Shown: positions 1 through 15,000 of the stretch, one piece after another
How positions within the stretch are numbered: the first letter of the stretch is position 1
Layout of the letters: every line of letters begins with the position of its first letter
Origin: Eledone cirrhosa
Taxonomy: Eukaryota
Direction: 5' to 3'
DNA length: 64,000 nt
Assembly: GCA_964016885.1 (NCBI GenBank)
Contig: OZ024744.1
Location: forward strand, 8,246,001 to 8,310,000
The notes under the pieces: generated by a model
What the model was told of the DNA's origin: nothing
What the model saw: only the letters and a program-made list of their open reading frames with translations
The model's database searches: none
Position numbers and translations under genes: made by a program

Positions 1-3000
1 GAGGGTGTGACACCATGTTAGGGTGGTAGATTGGTAGTATTGGTATAGGGTGTGACACCATACTAGGGTGGTAGATAAGTAGTATAGTTAGAGGGTCTGA
101 CACCATACTAGGGTGGTGGATTGGTAGTATAGGTAGAGGGTGTGACACCATACTAGGGTGGTGGATTGGTAGTATAGGTAGAGGGTGTGACACCATACTA
201 GGATGGTGGATTGGTAGTATTGGTAGAGGGTGTGACACCATACTAGGGTGGTGTATTGGTAGTATAGATAGAGGGTGTGACACCATACTAGGGTGGTAGA
301 TTGGTAGTATAGGTAGAGGGTGTGACACCATACTAGGGTGGTAGATAAGTAGTATAGTTACAGGGTCTGACACCATACTAGGGTGGTGGATTGGTAGTAT
401 AGGTAGAGGGTGTGACACCATGTTTGGTTGGTGGATTAGTAGTATAGGTAGTGGGTGTGACAACATATCAGGTGGTGGATTGGTGGAATAGGTAGAGGGT
501 GTGACACCATACTAGGGTGGTAGATTGGTAGTTTAGGTAGAGGGTGTGACACCATACGAGTGTGGTGCATTGGTAGTATTGGTAGAGGGTGTGACACCAT
601 AGTAGGGTGGTAGATTGGTAGTACAGGTAGAGGGTGTGACAGTACACTTGGGTGCTGGATTGGTAGTATAGGTAGAGGGTGTGACACCATACTAGGGTGG
701 TGGATTGGTAGTATACGTAGAGAGTGTGACACCATACTAGGGTGGTAGATAGGTAGTATAGGTAGAGGGTGTGACACCATGTTAGGGTGGTTGATTGGTA
801 GTATGGGTAGAGGGTGTGACACCATACCAGGTGGTGGATTGGTAGTATAGGTAGAGGGTGTGACACCATACTGGGGTGGTGGATTGGTAGTATAGGTAGA
901 GGGTGTGACACCATGTTAGGGTGGTTGATTGGTAGTATAGGTAGAGGGTGTGACACCATACCAGGTGGTGGATTGGTAGTATAGGTAGAGGGTGTTACAC
1001 CATACTAGGGTGGTGGATTGGTAGTATTGGTAGAGGGTGTGACACCATACTAGGGTGGTTGATTGGTAGTATAGGTAGAGGGTGTGACACCATACTAGGG
1101 TGGTGGAATGGTAGTATAGTGTGTGTGACCATACTAGGGTGGTGGATTGGTAGTAGTGGTAGGGGGCCTGACACCATACTAGGGTGGTGGATTGGTAGTA
1201 TTGGTAGAGGGTGTGATACTATACTAGGGAGGTGGATTGACAGTATTGGTAGAGGGTATGACACCATACTAGCGTGGTGGATTGGTAGTATTGGTAGAGG
1301 GTCTGACACCATACCAGGGTGGTAGATTGGTAGTATAGGTAGATGGTGTAACACCATACTAGGGTGGTGGATTGGTAGTATAGGTAGAGGGTGTGACACC
1401 ATACTAGTGTGTTGGATTGGTTGTATTGGTAGAGGGTATGACACCATACTAGGGTGGTGGATTGGTAGTATTGGTAGAGGGTCTGACACCATACCAGGGT
1501 GGTAGATTGGTAGTATAGGTAGATGGTGTGACACCATACTAGGGTGGTGGATTGGTAGTATAGGTAGAGGGTGTGACACCATACAAGGGTGGTAGATTGG
1601 TAGTATTGGAAGAGGGTGTGTCACCATGGTAGGCTGGTGGATTGGTAGTATTGGTAGAGGGTGTGACACCATACTAGGGTGGTGGAGTGGTAGTATATGT
1701 AGAGGGTGTGACACCATACTAGGGTGGTAGGTAGGTAGTATAGGTAGAGGGTGTGACAACATATTAGGGTGGTGGATTGGTAGTATTGGTAGAGGGTGTG
1801 ACACCATACAAGGGTGGTGGATTGGTAGTGTAGGTAGAGTGTGTGACACCATACTAGGGTGGTGGATTGGTAGTATAGGTAGAGGGTGTGACACCATGTT
1901 AGGGTGGTGGATTGGTAGTATTGGTAGAGGGTGTGACATCATACTAGGGAGGTGGATTTTTAGTATTGGTAGAGGGTGTGACACCATGTTAGGGTGATGG
2001 ATTGGTAGTATAGGTAGAGGGTGTGACACCATGTTAGGGTGGTGGATTGGCAGTATTGGTAGAGGGTCTGATAACATGTTAGGGGGGTGGATCGGTAGTA
2101 TAGGTAGAGGGTGTGACACCATACTAGGGTGGTGGATTGGCAGTATAGGTAGAGGGTGTGACACCATACTAGGGTGGTGGATTGGTATTATATGTAGAGG
2201 GTGTGAAACCATACTAGGGTGGTAGATTGGTAGTATTGGTAGAGGGTGTGACACCATACTAGGGTGGTGGATTGGTAGTATAGGTAGAAGGTATGACACC
2301 ATACTAGGGTGGTGGATTGGCAGTATTGGTAGAGGGTGTGACACCATGCTAGGTTGGTGCATTGGTAGTATAGGTAGAGGGTGTGACACCATACTAGGGT
2401 GGCAGACTGGTAGTATTGATAGAGGGTGTGACACCATAGTAGGGTGGTAGATTGGTAGTATAGGTAGAAGGTGTGACACCATACTAGGGTGGTAGATTGG
2501 TAGTATATGTAGAGGGTGTGATACCATACTAGGGTGGTGGAGTGACAGTATAGGTAGAGGGTGTGACACCATACTAGCGTGTTAGATTGGTAGTATTGGT
2601 AGAGGGTGTGACACCATGGTAAGGTGGTGGATTGGTAGTATTGGGAGAGGGTGTGATACCATACTAGGGTGGTAGATTGGTAGTATAGGTAGAGGGTATG
2701 ACACCATTCTAGGGTGGTAGATTGGTAGTATAGGTAGAGGGTGTGACACCATACCAGGTGGTGGATTGGTAGTATAGGTAGAGGGTGTGACACCATACTA
2801 GGGTGGTGGATTGGTAGTATTGGTAGAGGGTGCGACACCATACTAGGGTGGTAGATTGGTAGTATTTGTAGAGCGTTTGACACCATACTAGGGTGGTTGA
2901 GTGACAGTATAAGTAGAGGGTGTGACACGATACTAGGGTGGTTGATTGGTAGTATAGGTAAAGGGTGTGACACCATACTAGGGTGGTGGATTGCTAGTAT

Positions 3001-6000
3001 AGTTAGAGGGTGTGACACCATACTAGGGTGGTAGATTGGTAGTATAGCTAGAGGGTGTGACACCATGGTAGGGTTGTAGATTGTTAATATTTTTAGAGGG
3101 TGTGACACCATACTAGTGTGGTGGATTGGTAGTATAGGTAGAGGGTGTGACACAATACTAGGGTGGTTGAGTGCTAGTATATATAGAGGGTGTGACACCA
3201 TACTAGTGTGCTGGATTGGTAGTATAGTTAGAGGGTGTGACACCATACTAGGGTGGTGGATTGACAGTATTGGTAGAGGGTGTGACACCATACTAGGGTG
3301 GTGGATTAGTAGTATAGGTAGAGGGTTTGACACCATACTAGGGTGGTAGATAGGTAGTTTTGGTAGAGGGTGTGACACCATACGAGGGTGGTAGATTGGT
3401 AGTTTTGGTAGAGGGTGTGGCACCATACTAGGGTGGGCTATTGGTAGTATAGGTAGAAGGTGTGACACCAGTGTTAGGGTGGTGGATTGGTAGTATTGGT
3501 AGAGGGTGTGACACCATACTAGGGTGGTGGATTGGTAGTATAGGTAGAGGGTGTGACACCATACTAGGGTGGTTGATTGACAGTATAGGTAGAGGGTGTG
3601 ACACCATACTAGGGTGGTGGATTGGTAATATTGGTAGAGGTTGTGACACCAGTCTAGGGTGGTAGATTGGTAGTATAGGTAGAGGGTGTGACACCATAGT
3701 AGGGTGGTAGATTGGTAGTATAGGTAGAGGGTGTGACACCATAATAGGGTGGTGGATTGGTAGTATTCGTAGAGGCTGTGACACCACACTAGGGTGGTGG
3801 ATTGGTAGTATAGGTAGAGGGTGTGACACCATACTAGGGTGGTAGATTGGTACTATAGGTAGAGGGTGTGACACCATGTTAGGGTGGTGGATTGGTAGTA
3901 TTGGTAGAGTGTATGAAAACATGTTAGGATGGTAGATTGGTAGTATAGGTAGTGGGTGTGACAGCATACTAGGGTGGTGGATCGGCAGTATAGGTAGAGG
4001 GTGTGACACCATACTAGGGTGGTGGATTGGTAGTATTGGTAGGGGGTGTGACACCATACTAGAGTGGTGATTGGTTGTATAGATAGAAGGTGTGACACCA
4101 TACTAGGGTGGTAGATTGGTAGTATTGTTTGAAGGTGTGTCACCATATTAGGGTGGTAGATTGGTAGTATAGGTAGAGGGTGTAACACCATACTAGGATG
4201 GTGGATTGGTAGTATAGGTAGAGTGTGTGACACCATGTTAGGGTGGTGGATTGGTAGTATTTGTAGAGTGTGTGACACCATGTTAGGGTGGTGGATTGGT
4301 AGTATAGGTAGAGGGTGTGACACCATGTTAGGGTGGCTGATTGGTAGTATTGGAAGAGGGTGCGTCACCATGGTAGGCTGGTGGATTGGTAGTATATGTA
4401 AAGAGTGTGACACCATACTAGGGTGGTGGATTGATAGTATTGGTAGAGGGTGTGACACCATGTTTGGGTGGTAGATTGGTAGTATTGGTATAGGGTGTGA
4501 CACCATACTAGGGTGGTAGATAGGTAGTACAGGTAGAGGGTCTGACACCATACTAGGGTGGTGGATTGGTAGTATAGGTAGAGGCTGTGACACCATATTA
4601 GGGTGGTGGATTGGGAGTATAGGTAGAGGGTGCGACACCATACTAGGGTGGTGAATTGGTAGTATTGGTAGAGGGTGTGACACCATGTTAGGGTGGTGGA
4701 TTGGTAGTATAGGTAGAGGGTGTAACACCATACTAGGGTAGTGGATTGGTAGTATAGGTAGAGGGTGTGACACCATACTAGGGTGGTAGATTGGTAGTAT
4801 AGGTAGAGGGTGTGACACCATACTAGGGTGGTGGATTGGTAGTATAGGTAGAGGGTGTGACACCATGTTAGGTTGGTGGATTGGTGGAATAGGTAGAGGG
4901 TGTGACACCATACTAGGGTGGTAGATTGGTAGTATTGGTAGAGGGTGTGACACCATACTAGGTTGGTAGATTGGTACCACTGGTAGAGGGTGTGACGGTA
5001 TACTTGGGTGGTGGATTGGTAGTATAGGTAGAGGGTGTGACACCATAGTAGGGTGGTGGATTGGTAGTATTGGTAGAGGGTGTGACACCATACTAGAGTG
5101 GTGATTGGTTGTATAGATCGAAGGTGTGACACCATACTAGGGTGGTAGATTGGTAGTATTGTTTGAAGGTGTGTCACCATACTAGTGTGGTGGATTGGTA
5201 GTATAGGTAGAGTGTGTGACACCATACTAGGGTGGTGGATTGGTAGTATAGGTAGAGGGTGTGACACCATACTAGGGTGGTAGATTGGTAGTATAGGTCG
5301 AGGGTGTGAGACCATACTAGGGTGGTGGATTGGTAGTATTGGTAGAGGGTCTGAAACCATGTTAGGATGGTGGATTGGTAGTATTGGTAGAAGGTGTGAC
5401 ACCATACTAGGGTGGTGGATTGGTAGTATAGGTAGAAGGTGTGACACAATACTAGGGTGGTAGATTGGTAGTATAGGTAGAGGGTGAGACAACATGTTAG
5501 GGTGGTGGATTGGTAGTATTGGTAGAGGATGTGACACCAAACTAGGGTGGTGGATTGGTAGTATAGGTAGAGGGTGTGACACCATACTAGGGTGGTAGAT
5601 TGGTAGTATAGTTAGAGGGTGTGAAAACATGTTAGGATGGTAGATTGGTAGTATAGGTAGAGGGTGTGACACCATACTAGGGTGGTGGATTGGTAGTATT
5701 GGTAGAGGGTGTGATACCATACTAGGGTGGTGGATTGGTAGTATAGGTAGAGGGTGTGACACCATACTAGGGTGGTAGATTGGTAGTATAAGTAGAGGGT
5801 GTGACACCATGTTAGGGTGGTGGATTGGTAGTATTGGTAGAGGATGTGAAAACATGTTGGGATGGTAGATTGGTAGTATAGGTAGAGGGTGTGACACCAT
5901 ATTAGGGTGGTGGATTGGTAGTGTACGTAGAGGGTGTGACACCATACTAGGGTGGTAGATTGGTAGTATTGGTAGAAAATGTGTCACCATACTAGGGTGG

Positions 6001-9000
6001 TGGATTGGTAGTATTGGTAGAGGGTGTGACACCATGTTAGGGTGGTGGTTTGGTAGTATAGCTAAAGGGTGTGACACCATAACAGGGTGGTGTATTGGTA
6101 GAACAGGTAGAGGGTATGGCACCATACTAGGGTGGTGGATTGGTAGTATTGGTAGAGGGTCTAACACCATGTTAGGATGGTGGATTGGTAGTATTGGTAG
6201 AGGGTGTGACACCATACTAGGGTGCTAGTTTGGTAGTATAGGTAGAAGGTGTGACACCATACTAGGGTGGTAGATTGGTAGTATTGGAAGAGGGTGTGTC
6301 ACCATACTAGGGTGGTGGATTGGTAGTGTTGGTAGAGGGTGTGACACCATACTAGGGTGGTGTATTGGTAGTATAGGTAGAGGGTGTGACACCATACTAG
6401 GGTTGTAGATTGGTAGTATAGGTAGAGGATGTGACACCATACTAGGGTGGTAGATAAGTAGTATAGTTAGAGGGTCTGACACCATACTAGGGTGGTGGAT
6501 TGGTAGTATAGGTAGAGGGTGTGACACCATGTTAGGTTGGTGGATTAGTAGTATAGGTAGTGGGTGTGACAACATATCAGGTGGTGGATTGGTGGAATAG
6601 GTAGAGGGTGTGACACCATACTAGGGTGGTAGATTGGTAGTTTAGGTAGAGGGTGTGACACCATACGAGTGTGGTGCATTGGTAGTATTGGTAGAGGGTG
6701 TGACACCATAGTAGGGTGGTAGATTGGTAGTACAGGTAGAGGGTGTGACAGTACACTTGGGTGCTGGATTGGTAGTATAGGTAGAGGGTGTGACACCATA
6801 CTAGGGTGGTGGATTGGTAGTATACGTAGAGAGTGTGACACCATACTAGGGTGGTAGATAGGTAGTATAGGTAGAGGGTGTGACACCATGTTAGGGTGGT
6901 TGATTGGTAGTATAGGTAGAGGGTGTGACACCATACCAGGTGGTGGATTGGTCGTATAGGTAGAGGGTGTGACACCATACTGGGGTGGTGGATTGGTAGT
7001 ATAGGAAGAGGGTGTGACACCATGTTAGGGTGGTTGATTGGTAGTATAGGTAGAGGGTGTGACACCATACCAGGTGGTGGATTGGTAGTATAGGTAGAGG
7101 GTGTTACACCATACTAGGGTGGTGGATTGGTAGTATTGGTAGAGGGTGTGACACCATACTAGGGTGGTTGATTGGTAGTATAGGTAGAGGGTGTGACACC
7201 ATACTAGGGTGGTGGAATGGTAGTATAGTGTGTGTGACCATACTAGGGTGGTGGATTGGTAGTAGTGGTAGGGGGCCTGACACCATACTAGGGTGGTGGA
7301 TTGGTAGTATTGGTAGAGGGTGTGATACTATACTAGGGAGGTGGATTGACAGTATTGGTAGAGGGTATGACACGATACTAGGGTGGTGGATTGGTAGTAT
7401 TGGTAGAGGGTCTGACACCATACCAGGGTGGTAGATTGGTAGTATAGGTAGATGGTGTGACACCATACTAGGGTGGTGGATTGGTAGTATAGGTAGAGGG
7501 TGTGACACCATACAAGGGTGGTAGATTGGTAGTATTGGAAGAGGGTGTGTCACCATGGTAGGCTGGTGGATTGGTAGTATTGGTAGAGGGTGTGACACCA
7601 TACTAGGGTGGTGGAGTGGTAGTATATGTAGAGGGTGTGACACCATACTAGGGTGGTAGGTAGGTAGTATAGGTAGAGGGTGTGACACCATATTAGGGTG
7701 GTGGATTGGTAGTATTGGTAGAGGGTGTGACACCATACAAGGGTGGTGGATTGGTAGTGTAGGTAGAGTGTGTGACACCATACTAGGGTGGTGGATTGGT
7801 AGTATAGGTAGAGGGTGTGACACCATGTTAGGGTGGTGGATTGGTAGTATTGGTAGAGGGTGTGACATCATACTAGGGAGGTGGATTTTTAGTATTGGTA
7901 GAGGGTGTGACACCATGTTAGGGTGATGGATTGGTAGTATAGGTAGAGGGTGTGACACCATGTTAGGGTGGTGGATTGGCAGTATTGGTAGAGGGTCTGA
8001 TACCATGTTAGGGGGGTGGATCGGTAGTATAGGTAGAGGGTGTGACACCATACTAGGGTGGTGGATTGGCAGTATAGGTAGAGGGTGTGACACCATACTA
8101 GGGTGGTGGATTGGTATTATATGTAGAGGGTGTGACACCATACTAGGGTGGTAGATTGGTAGTATTCGTAGAGGGTGTGACACCATACTAGGGTGGTGGA
8201 TTGGTAGTATAGGTAGAAGGTATGACACCATACTAGGGTGGTGGATTGGTAGTATTGGTAGAGGGTGTGACACCATGCTTTGTTGGTGCATTGGTAGTAT
8301 AGGTAGAGGGTGTGACACCATACTAGGGTGGCAGACTGGTAGTATTGATAGAGGGTGTGACACCATAGTAGGGTGGTGGATTGGTAGTATAGGTAGAAGG
8401 TGTGACACCATACTAGGGTGGTAGATTGGTAGTATATGTAGAGGGTGTGATACCATACTAGGGTGGTGGAGTGACAGTATAGGTAGAGGGTGTGACACCA
8501 TACTAGCGTGTTAGATTGGTAGTATTGGTAGAGGGTGTGACACCATGGTAAGGTGGTGGATTGGTAGTATTGGGAGAGGGTGTGATACCATACTAGGGTG
8601 GTAGATTGGTATTATAGGTAGAGGGTATGACACCATTCTAGGGTGGTAGATTGGTAGTATAGGTAGAGGGTGTGACACCATACCAGGTGGTGGATTGGTA
8701 GTATAGGTAGAGGTTGTGACACCATACTAGGGTGGTGGATTGGTAGTATTGGTAGAGGGTGCGACACCATACTAGGGTGGTAGATTGGTAGTATTTGTAG
8801 AGCGTTTGACACCATACTAGGGTGGTTGAGTGACAGTATAAGTGGAGGGTGTGACACGATACTAGGGTGGTTGATTGGTAGTATAGGTAAAGGGTGTGAC
8901 ACCATACTCGGGTGGTGGATTGCTAGTATAGTTAGAGGGTGTGACACCATACTAGGGTGGTAGATTGGTAGTATAGGTAGAGGGTGTGACACCATGGTAG

Positions 9001-12000
9001 GGTTGTAGATTGTTAATATTTTTAGAGGGTGTGACACCATACTAGTGTGGTGGATTGGTAGTATAGGTAGAGGGTGTGACACAATACTAGGGTGGTTGAG
9101 TGCTAGTATATATAGAGGGTGTGACACCATACTAGTGTGCTGGATTGGTAGTATAGTTAGAAGGTGTGACACCATACTAGGGTGGTGGATTGACAGTATT
9201 GGTAGAGGGGGTGACACCATACTAGGGTGGTGGATTAGTAGTATAGGTAGAGGGTTTGACACCATACTAGGGTGGTAGATAGGTAGTTTTGGTAGAGGGT
9301 GTGACACCATACGAGTGTGGTAGATTGGTAGTTTTGGTAGAGGGTGTGGCACCATACTAGGGTGGTTGATTGACAGTATAGGTAGAGGGTGTGACACCAT
9401 ACTAGGGTGGTGGATTGGTAATATTGGTAGAGGTTGTGACACCAGTCTAGGGTGGTAGATTGGTAGTATAGGTAGAGGGTGTGACACCATAGTAGGGTGG
9501 TAGATTGGTAGTATAGGTAGAGGGTGTGACACCATAATAGGGTGGTGGATTGGTAGTATTCGTAGAGGCTGTGACACCATACTAGGGTGGTGGATTGGTA
9601 GTATAGGTAGAGGGTGTGACACCATACTAGGGTGGTAGATTGGTACTATAGGTAGAGGGTGTGACACCATGTTAGGGTGGTGGATTGGTAGTATTGGTAG
9701 AGTGTATGAAAACATGTTAGGATGGTAGATTGGTAGTATAGGTAGTGGGTGTGACAGCATACTAGGGTGGTGGATCGGCAGTATAGGTAGAGGGTGTGAC
9801 ACCATACTAGGGTGGTGGATTGGTAGTATTGGTAGAGGGTGTGACACCATACTAGAGTGGTGATTGGTTGTATAGATAGAAGGTGTGACACCATACTAGG
9901 GTGGTAGATTGGTAGTATTGTTTGAAGGTGTGTCACCATATTAGGGTGGTAGATTGGTAGTATAGGTAGAGGGTGTAACACCATACTAGGGTGGTGGATT
10001 GGTAGTATAGGTAGAGTGTGTGACACCATGTTAGGGTGGTGGATTGGTAGTATTTGTAGAGTGTGTGACACCATGTTAGGGTGGTGGATTGGTAGTATAG
10101 GTAGAGGGTGTGACACCATGTTAGGGTGGCTGATTGGTAGTATTGGAAGAGGGTGTGTCACCATGGTAGGCTGGTGGATTGGTAGTATATGTAGAGAGTG
10201 TGACACCATACTAGGGTGGTGGATTGGTAGTATTGGTAGAGGGTGTGACACCATGTTTGGGTGGTAGATTGGTAGTATTGGTATAGGGTGTGACACCATA
10301 CTAGGGTGGTAGATAGGTAGTACAGGTAGAGGGTCTGACACCATACTAGGGTGGTGGATTGGTAGTATAGGTAGAGGCTGTGACACCATATTAGGGTGGT
10401 GGATTGGGAGTATAGGTAGAGGGTGTGACACCATATTAGGGTGGTGAATTGGTAGTATTGGTAGAGGGTGTGACACCATGTTAGGGTGGTGGATTGGTAG
10501 TATAGGTAGAGGGTGTAACACCATACTAGGGTAGTGGATTGGTAGTATAGGTAGAGGGTGTGACACCATACTAGGATGGTAGATTGGTAGTATAGGTAGA
10601 GGGTGTGACACCATACTAGGGTGGTGGATTGGTAGTATACGTAGTGGATTGGTAGTATAGGTAGAGGGTGTGACACCATGTTAGGTTGGTGGATTGGTGG
10701 AATAGGTAGAGGGTGTGACACCATACTAGGGTGGTAGATTGGTAGTATTGGTAGAGGGTGTGACACCATACTAGGTTGGTAGATTGGTACCACTGGTAGA
10801 GGGTGTGACGGTATACTTGGGTGGTGGATTGGTAGTATAGGTAGAGGGTGTGACACCATAGTAGGGTGGTGGATTGGTAGTATTGGTAGAGGTTGTGACA
10901 CCATACTAGAGTGGTGATTGGTTGTATAGATAGAAGGTGTGACACCATACTAGGGTGGTAGATTGGTAGTATTGTTTGAAGGTGTGTCACCATACTAGTG
11001 TGGTGGATTGGTAGTATAGGTAGAGTGTGTGACACCATACTAGGGTGGTGGATTGGTAGTATAGGTAGAGGGTGTGACACCATACTAGGGTGGTAGATTG
11101 GTAGTATAGGTCGAGGGTGTGAGACCATACTAGGGTGGTGGATTGGTAGTATTGGTAGAGGGTCTGAAACCATGTTAGGATGGTGGATTGGTAGTATTGG
11201 TAGAAGGTGTGACACCATACTAGGGTGGTGGATTGGTAGTATAGGTAGAAGGTGTGACACAATACTAGGGTGGTAGATTGGTAGTATAGGTAGAGGGTGA
11301 GACAACATGTTAGGGTGGTGGATTGGTAGTATTAGTAGAGGATGTGACACCAAACTAGGGTGGTGGATTGGTAGTATAGGTAGAGGGTGTGACACCATAC
11401 TAGGGTGGTAGATTGGTAGTATAGTTAGAGGGTGTGAAAACATGTTAGGATGGTAGATTGGTAGTATAGGTAGAGGGTGTGACACCATACTAGGGTGGTG
11501 GATTGGTAGTATTGGTAGAGGGTGTGATACCATACTAGGGTGGTGGATTGGTAGTATAGGTAGAGGGTGTGACACCATACTAGGGTGGTAGATTGGTAGT
11601 ATAGGTAGAGGGTGTGACACCATGTTAGGGTGGTGGATTGGTAGTATTGGTAGAGGATGTGAAAACATGTTGGGATGGTAGATTGGTAGTATAGGTAGAG
11701 GGTGTGACACCATACTAGGGTGGTGGATTGGTAGTGTACGTAGAGGGTGTGACACCATACTAGGGTGGTAGATTGGTAGTATTGGTAGAAAATGTGTCAC
11801 CATACTAGGGTGGTAGATTGGTAGTATTGGTAGAGGGTGTGACACCATGTTAGGGTGGTGGTTTGGTAGTATAGCTAAAGGGTGTGACACCATAACAGGG
11901 TGATGTATTGGTAGAACAGGTAGAGGGTATGTCACCATACTAGGGTGGTGGATTGGTAGTATTGGTAGAGGGTCTAACACCATGTTAGGATGGTGGATTG

Positions 12001-15000
12001 GTAGTATTGGTAGAGGGTGTGACACCATACTAGGGTGCTAGTTTGGTAGTATAGGTAGAGGGTCTGACACCATGTTAGGATGGTGGATTGGTAGTATTGG
12101 TAGAATGTGTGACACCATACTAGGGTGGTGGATTGGTAGTATAGGTAGAAGGTGTGACACCATACTAGGGTGGTAGATTGGTAGTATAGGTAGAGGGTGT
12201 GACACCATGTTAGGATGGTAGATTGGTACTATAGGTAGAGGATGTGACACCATACTAGGGTGGTAGATTGGTAGTATTGGAAGAGGGTGTGTCACCATAC
12301 TAGGGTGGTGGATTGGTAGTATAGGTAGAGGTTTTGATACCATACTATGGTGGTGGATTGGTAGTATTGGTAGAGGGTGTGACAACATACTAGGGTGGTA
12401 GATTGGTAGCATAGGTAGAGGGTGTGACACCATACTAGGGTGGTAGATTGTTAGTATTGGTAGAGATTGTGACACCATACTAGGGTGGTGGATTGACAGT
12501 ATTGGTAGAGGGTGTGACACCATGCTAGGGTGGTGGATTGGTAGTATAGGTAGAGGGTGTGACAACATGTTAGGGTGGTGGATTTGTAGTATTGGTAGAG
12601 GATGTGACACCAAACTAGGGTGGTGGATCGGTAGTATAGGTAGAGGGTGTGACACCATACTAGGTGGTGGATTGGTAGTATAGGTAGAGGGTGTGAAACC
12701 ATACTAGGGTGGTAGATTGGCAGTATTGGTATAGGGTGTGACACCATACTAGGGTGGTGGATTCGTAGTATTGGTAGAGGGTGTGACACCATACTATTGT
12801 GGTGGATTGGTAGTATAGGTAGAGGGTGTGACACCATACTAGGGTGGTAGATTGGTAGTATAGGTAGAGGGTGTGACACCATACTAGGGTGGTGGATTGG
12901 CAGTATAGGTAGAGGGTGTGACACCGTGTTAGGGTGGTGGATTGGTCGTAAAGGTAGAGGGTGTGACACCATACTAGGGTGGTGGATTGGTAGTATAGGT
13001 AGAGGGTGTTACACCATACTAGGGTGGTGGTGTGACAGTATATGTAGAGGGTGTGACACCATGTGAGGGTGGTGGATTGGCAGTATAGGTAGAGGGTGTG
13101 ACACCATACTAGGGCGGTAGATTGACAGTATTGTTAGAGGGTGTGACACCATACTAGGGTGGTAGATTGGCAGTATTGGTAGAGGGTGTGACACCATGTT
13201 AGGGTGGTGGATTGGTAGTATTGGTAGAGGGTGTGACACCATACTAGGGTGGTGGATTGGCAGTATAGGTAGAGGGTGTGACACCATACTAGTATGGTGG
13301 ATTGGTAGTATTGGTACAGGGTGTGACACCATGTTAGGGTGGTGGATTGGTAGTATTGGTAGAGGGTGTGACACCATACTAGGTTGGTGGATTGGCAGTA
13401 TAGGTAGAGGGTGTGACACCATACTAGTATGGTGGATTGGTAGTATTGGTACAGGGTGTGACACCATGTTAGGGTGCTGGATTGGTAGTATTGGTAGAGG
13501 GTGTGACACCATACTAGGGTGGTGGATTGGCATTATAGGTAGAGGGTGTGACACCATACTAGTATGGTGGATTGGTAGTATTGGTACAGGGTGTGACACC
13601 ATGTTAGTGTTCTGGATTGGTAGTATTGGTAGAGGGTGTGACACCATACTAGGGTGGTAGATTGGCAGTATAGGTAGAGTGTGGGCTCCATACTAGTATG
13701 GTGGATTGGCAGTATAGGTAGAGGGTGTGACACCATACTAGGGTGGTGGATTGGTAGTATAGGTAGAGGGTGTGACACCATACTAGGTGGTGGATTGGTA
13801 GTATTGGTAGAGGGTGTGAAACCATACTAGTGTGGTAGATTGGCAGTATTGGTATAGGGTGTGACACCATACTAGGGTGGTAGATTGGTAGTATTGGTAG
13901 AGGGTGTGACACCATACTAGGGTGGTGGATTGTTAGTATAGGTATAAGGTGTGACACCATACTAGGGTGGTGGATTGGTAGAGGGGGTGACACCATACTA
14001 GAGTGGTTGATTGGCAGTATAGGTAGAGGGTCTGACACCATACCAGGATGGTGGATTGGTAGTATAGGTAGAGAGTGTGACACCATACTAGGGTGGTGGA
14101 TTGGTAGTATTGGTAGAGGATGTGACACCATACTAGGTTGGTGGATTGGTAGTATAGTTAGAGGGTGTGACACCATACTAGGGTGGTGGATTGGTAGTAT
14201 AGGTAGAGGGTGTGACACCATGTCAGGGTGGTGGATTGGTAGTATTTGTAGAGGGTGTGACACCATACTAGGGTGGTGGATTGGTAGTATAGGTAGAGGG
14301 TGTGACACCATACTAGGGTGGTAGATTGGTAGTATTGGTAGAGGGTGTGTCACCATACTAGGGTGGTGGATTGGTAGTATTGGTAGAGGGTGTGACACCA
14401 TGTTAGGGTGGTGGAATGGTAGTATAGGTAGAGGGTGTGACACCATACTAGGGTGGTGGATTGGTAGTATAGGTAGAGGGTGTGACAGCATACTAGGGTG
14501 GTGTATTGGTAGTATTGGTAGAGGCTGTGACACCATACTAGGGTGGTGGATTGGTAGTATAGGTAGAGGGTGTGACACCATACTAGTGTGGTGGATTGGT
14601 AGTATAGGTAGAGGGTGTGACACCATACTAGGGTGGTAGATTGGTAGTATAGGTAGAGGGTGTGACACCATGTTAGGGTGGTGCATTGGTAGTATTGGTA
14701 GAGGGTGTGACACCATACTAGGGTGGTGGATTGGTAGTATATGTAAAGGGTGTGACACTATACTAGGGTGGTAGATTGGTAGTATTGGTAGAGGGTGTGT
14801 CACCATACTAGAGTGGTGGATTTGTAGTATTGGTAGAGGGTGTGACACCATGATAGGGTGGTGGATTGGTAGTATAGGTAGAGGGTGTGACACCATACTA
14901 GGGTGGTGGATTGCTAGTATAGGTAGAGGCTGTGACAGCATACTAGGGTGGTGTAATTGTAGTATAGGTAGAGGGTTGGACACCATACTAGGGTGGTGGA

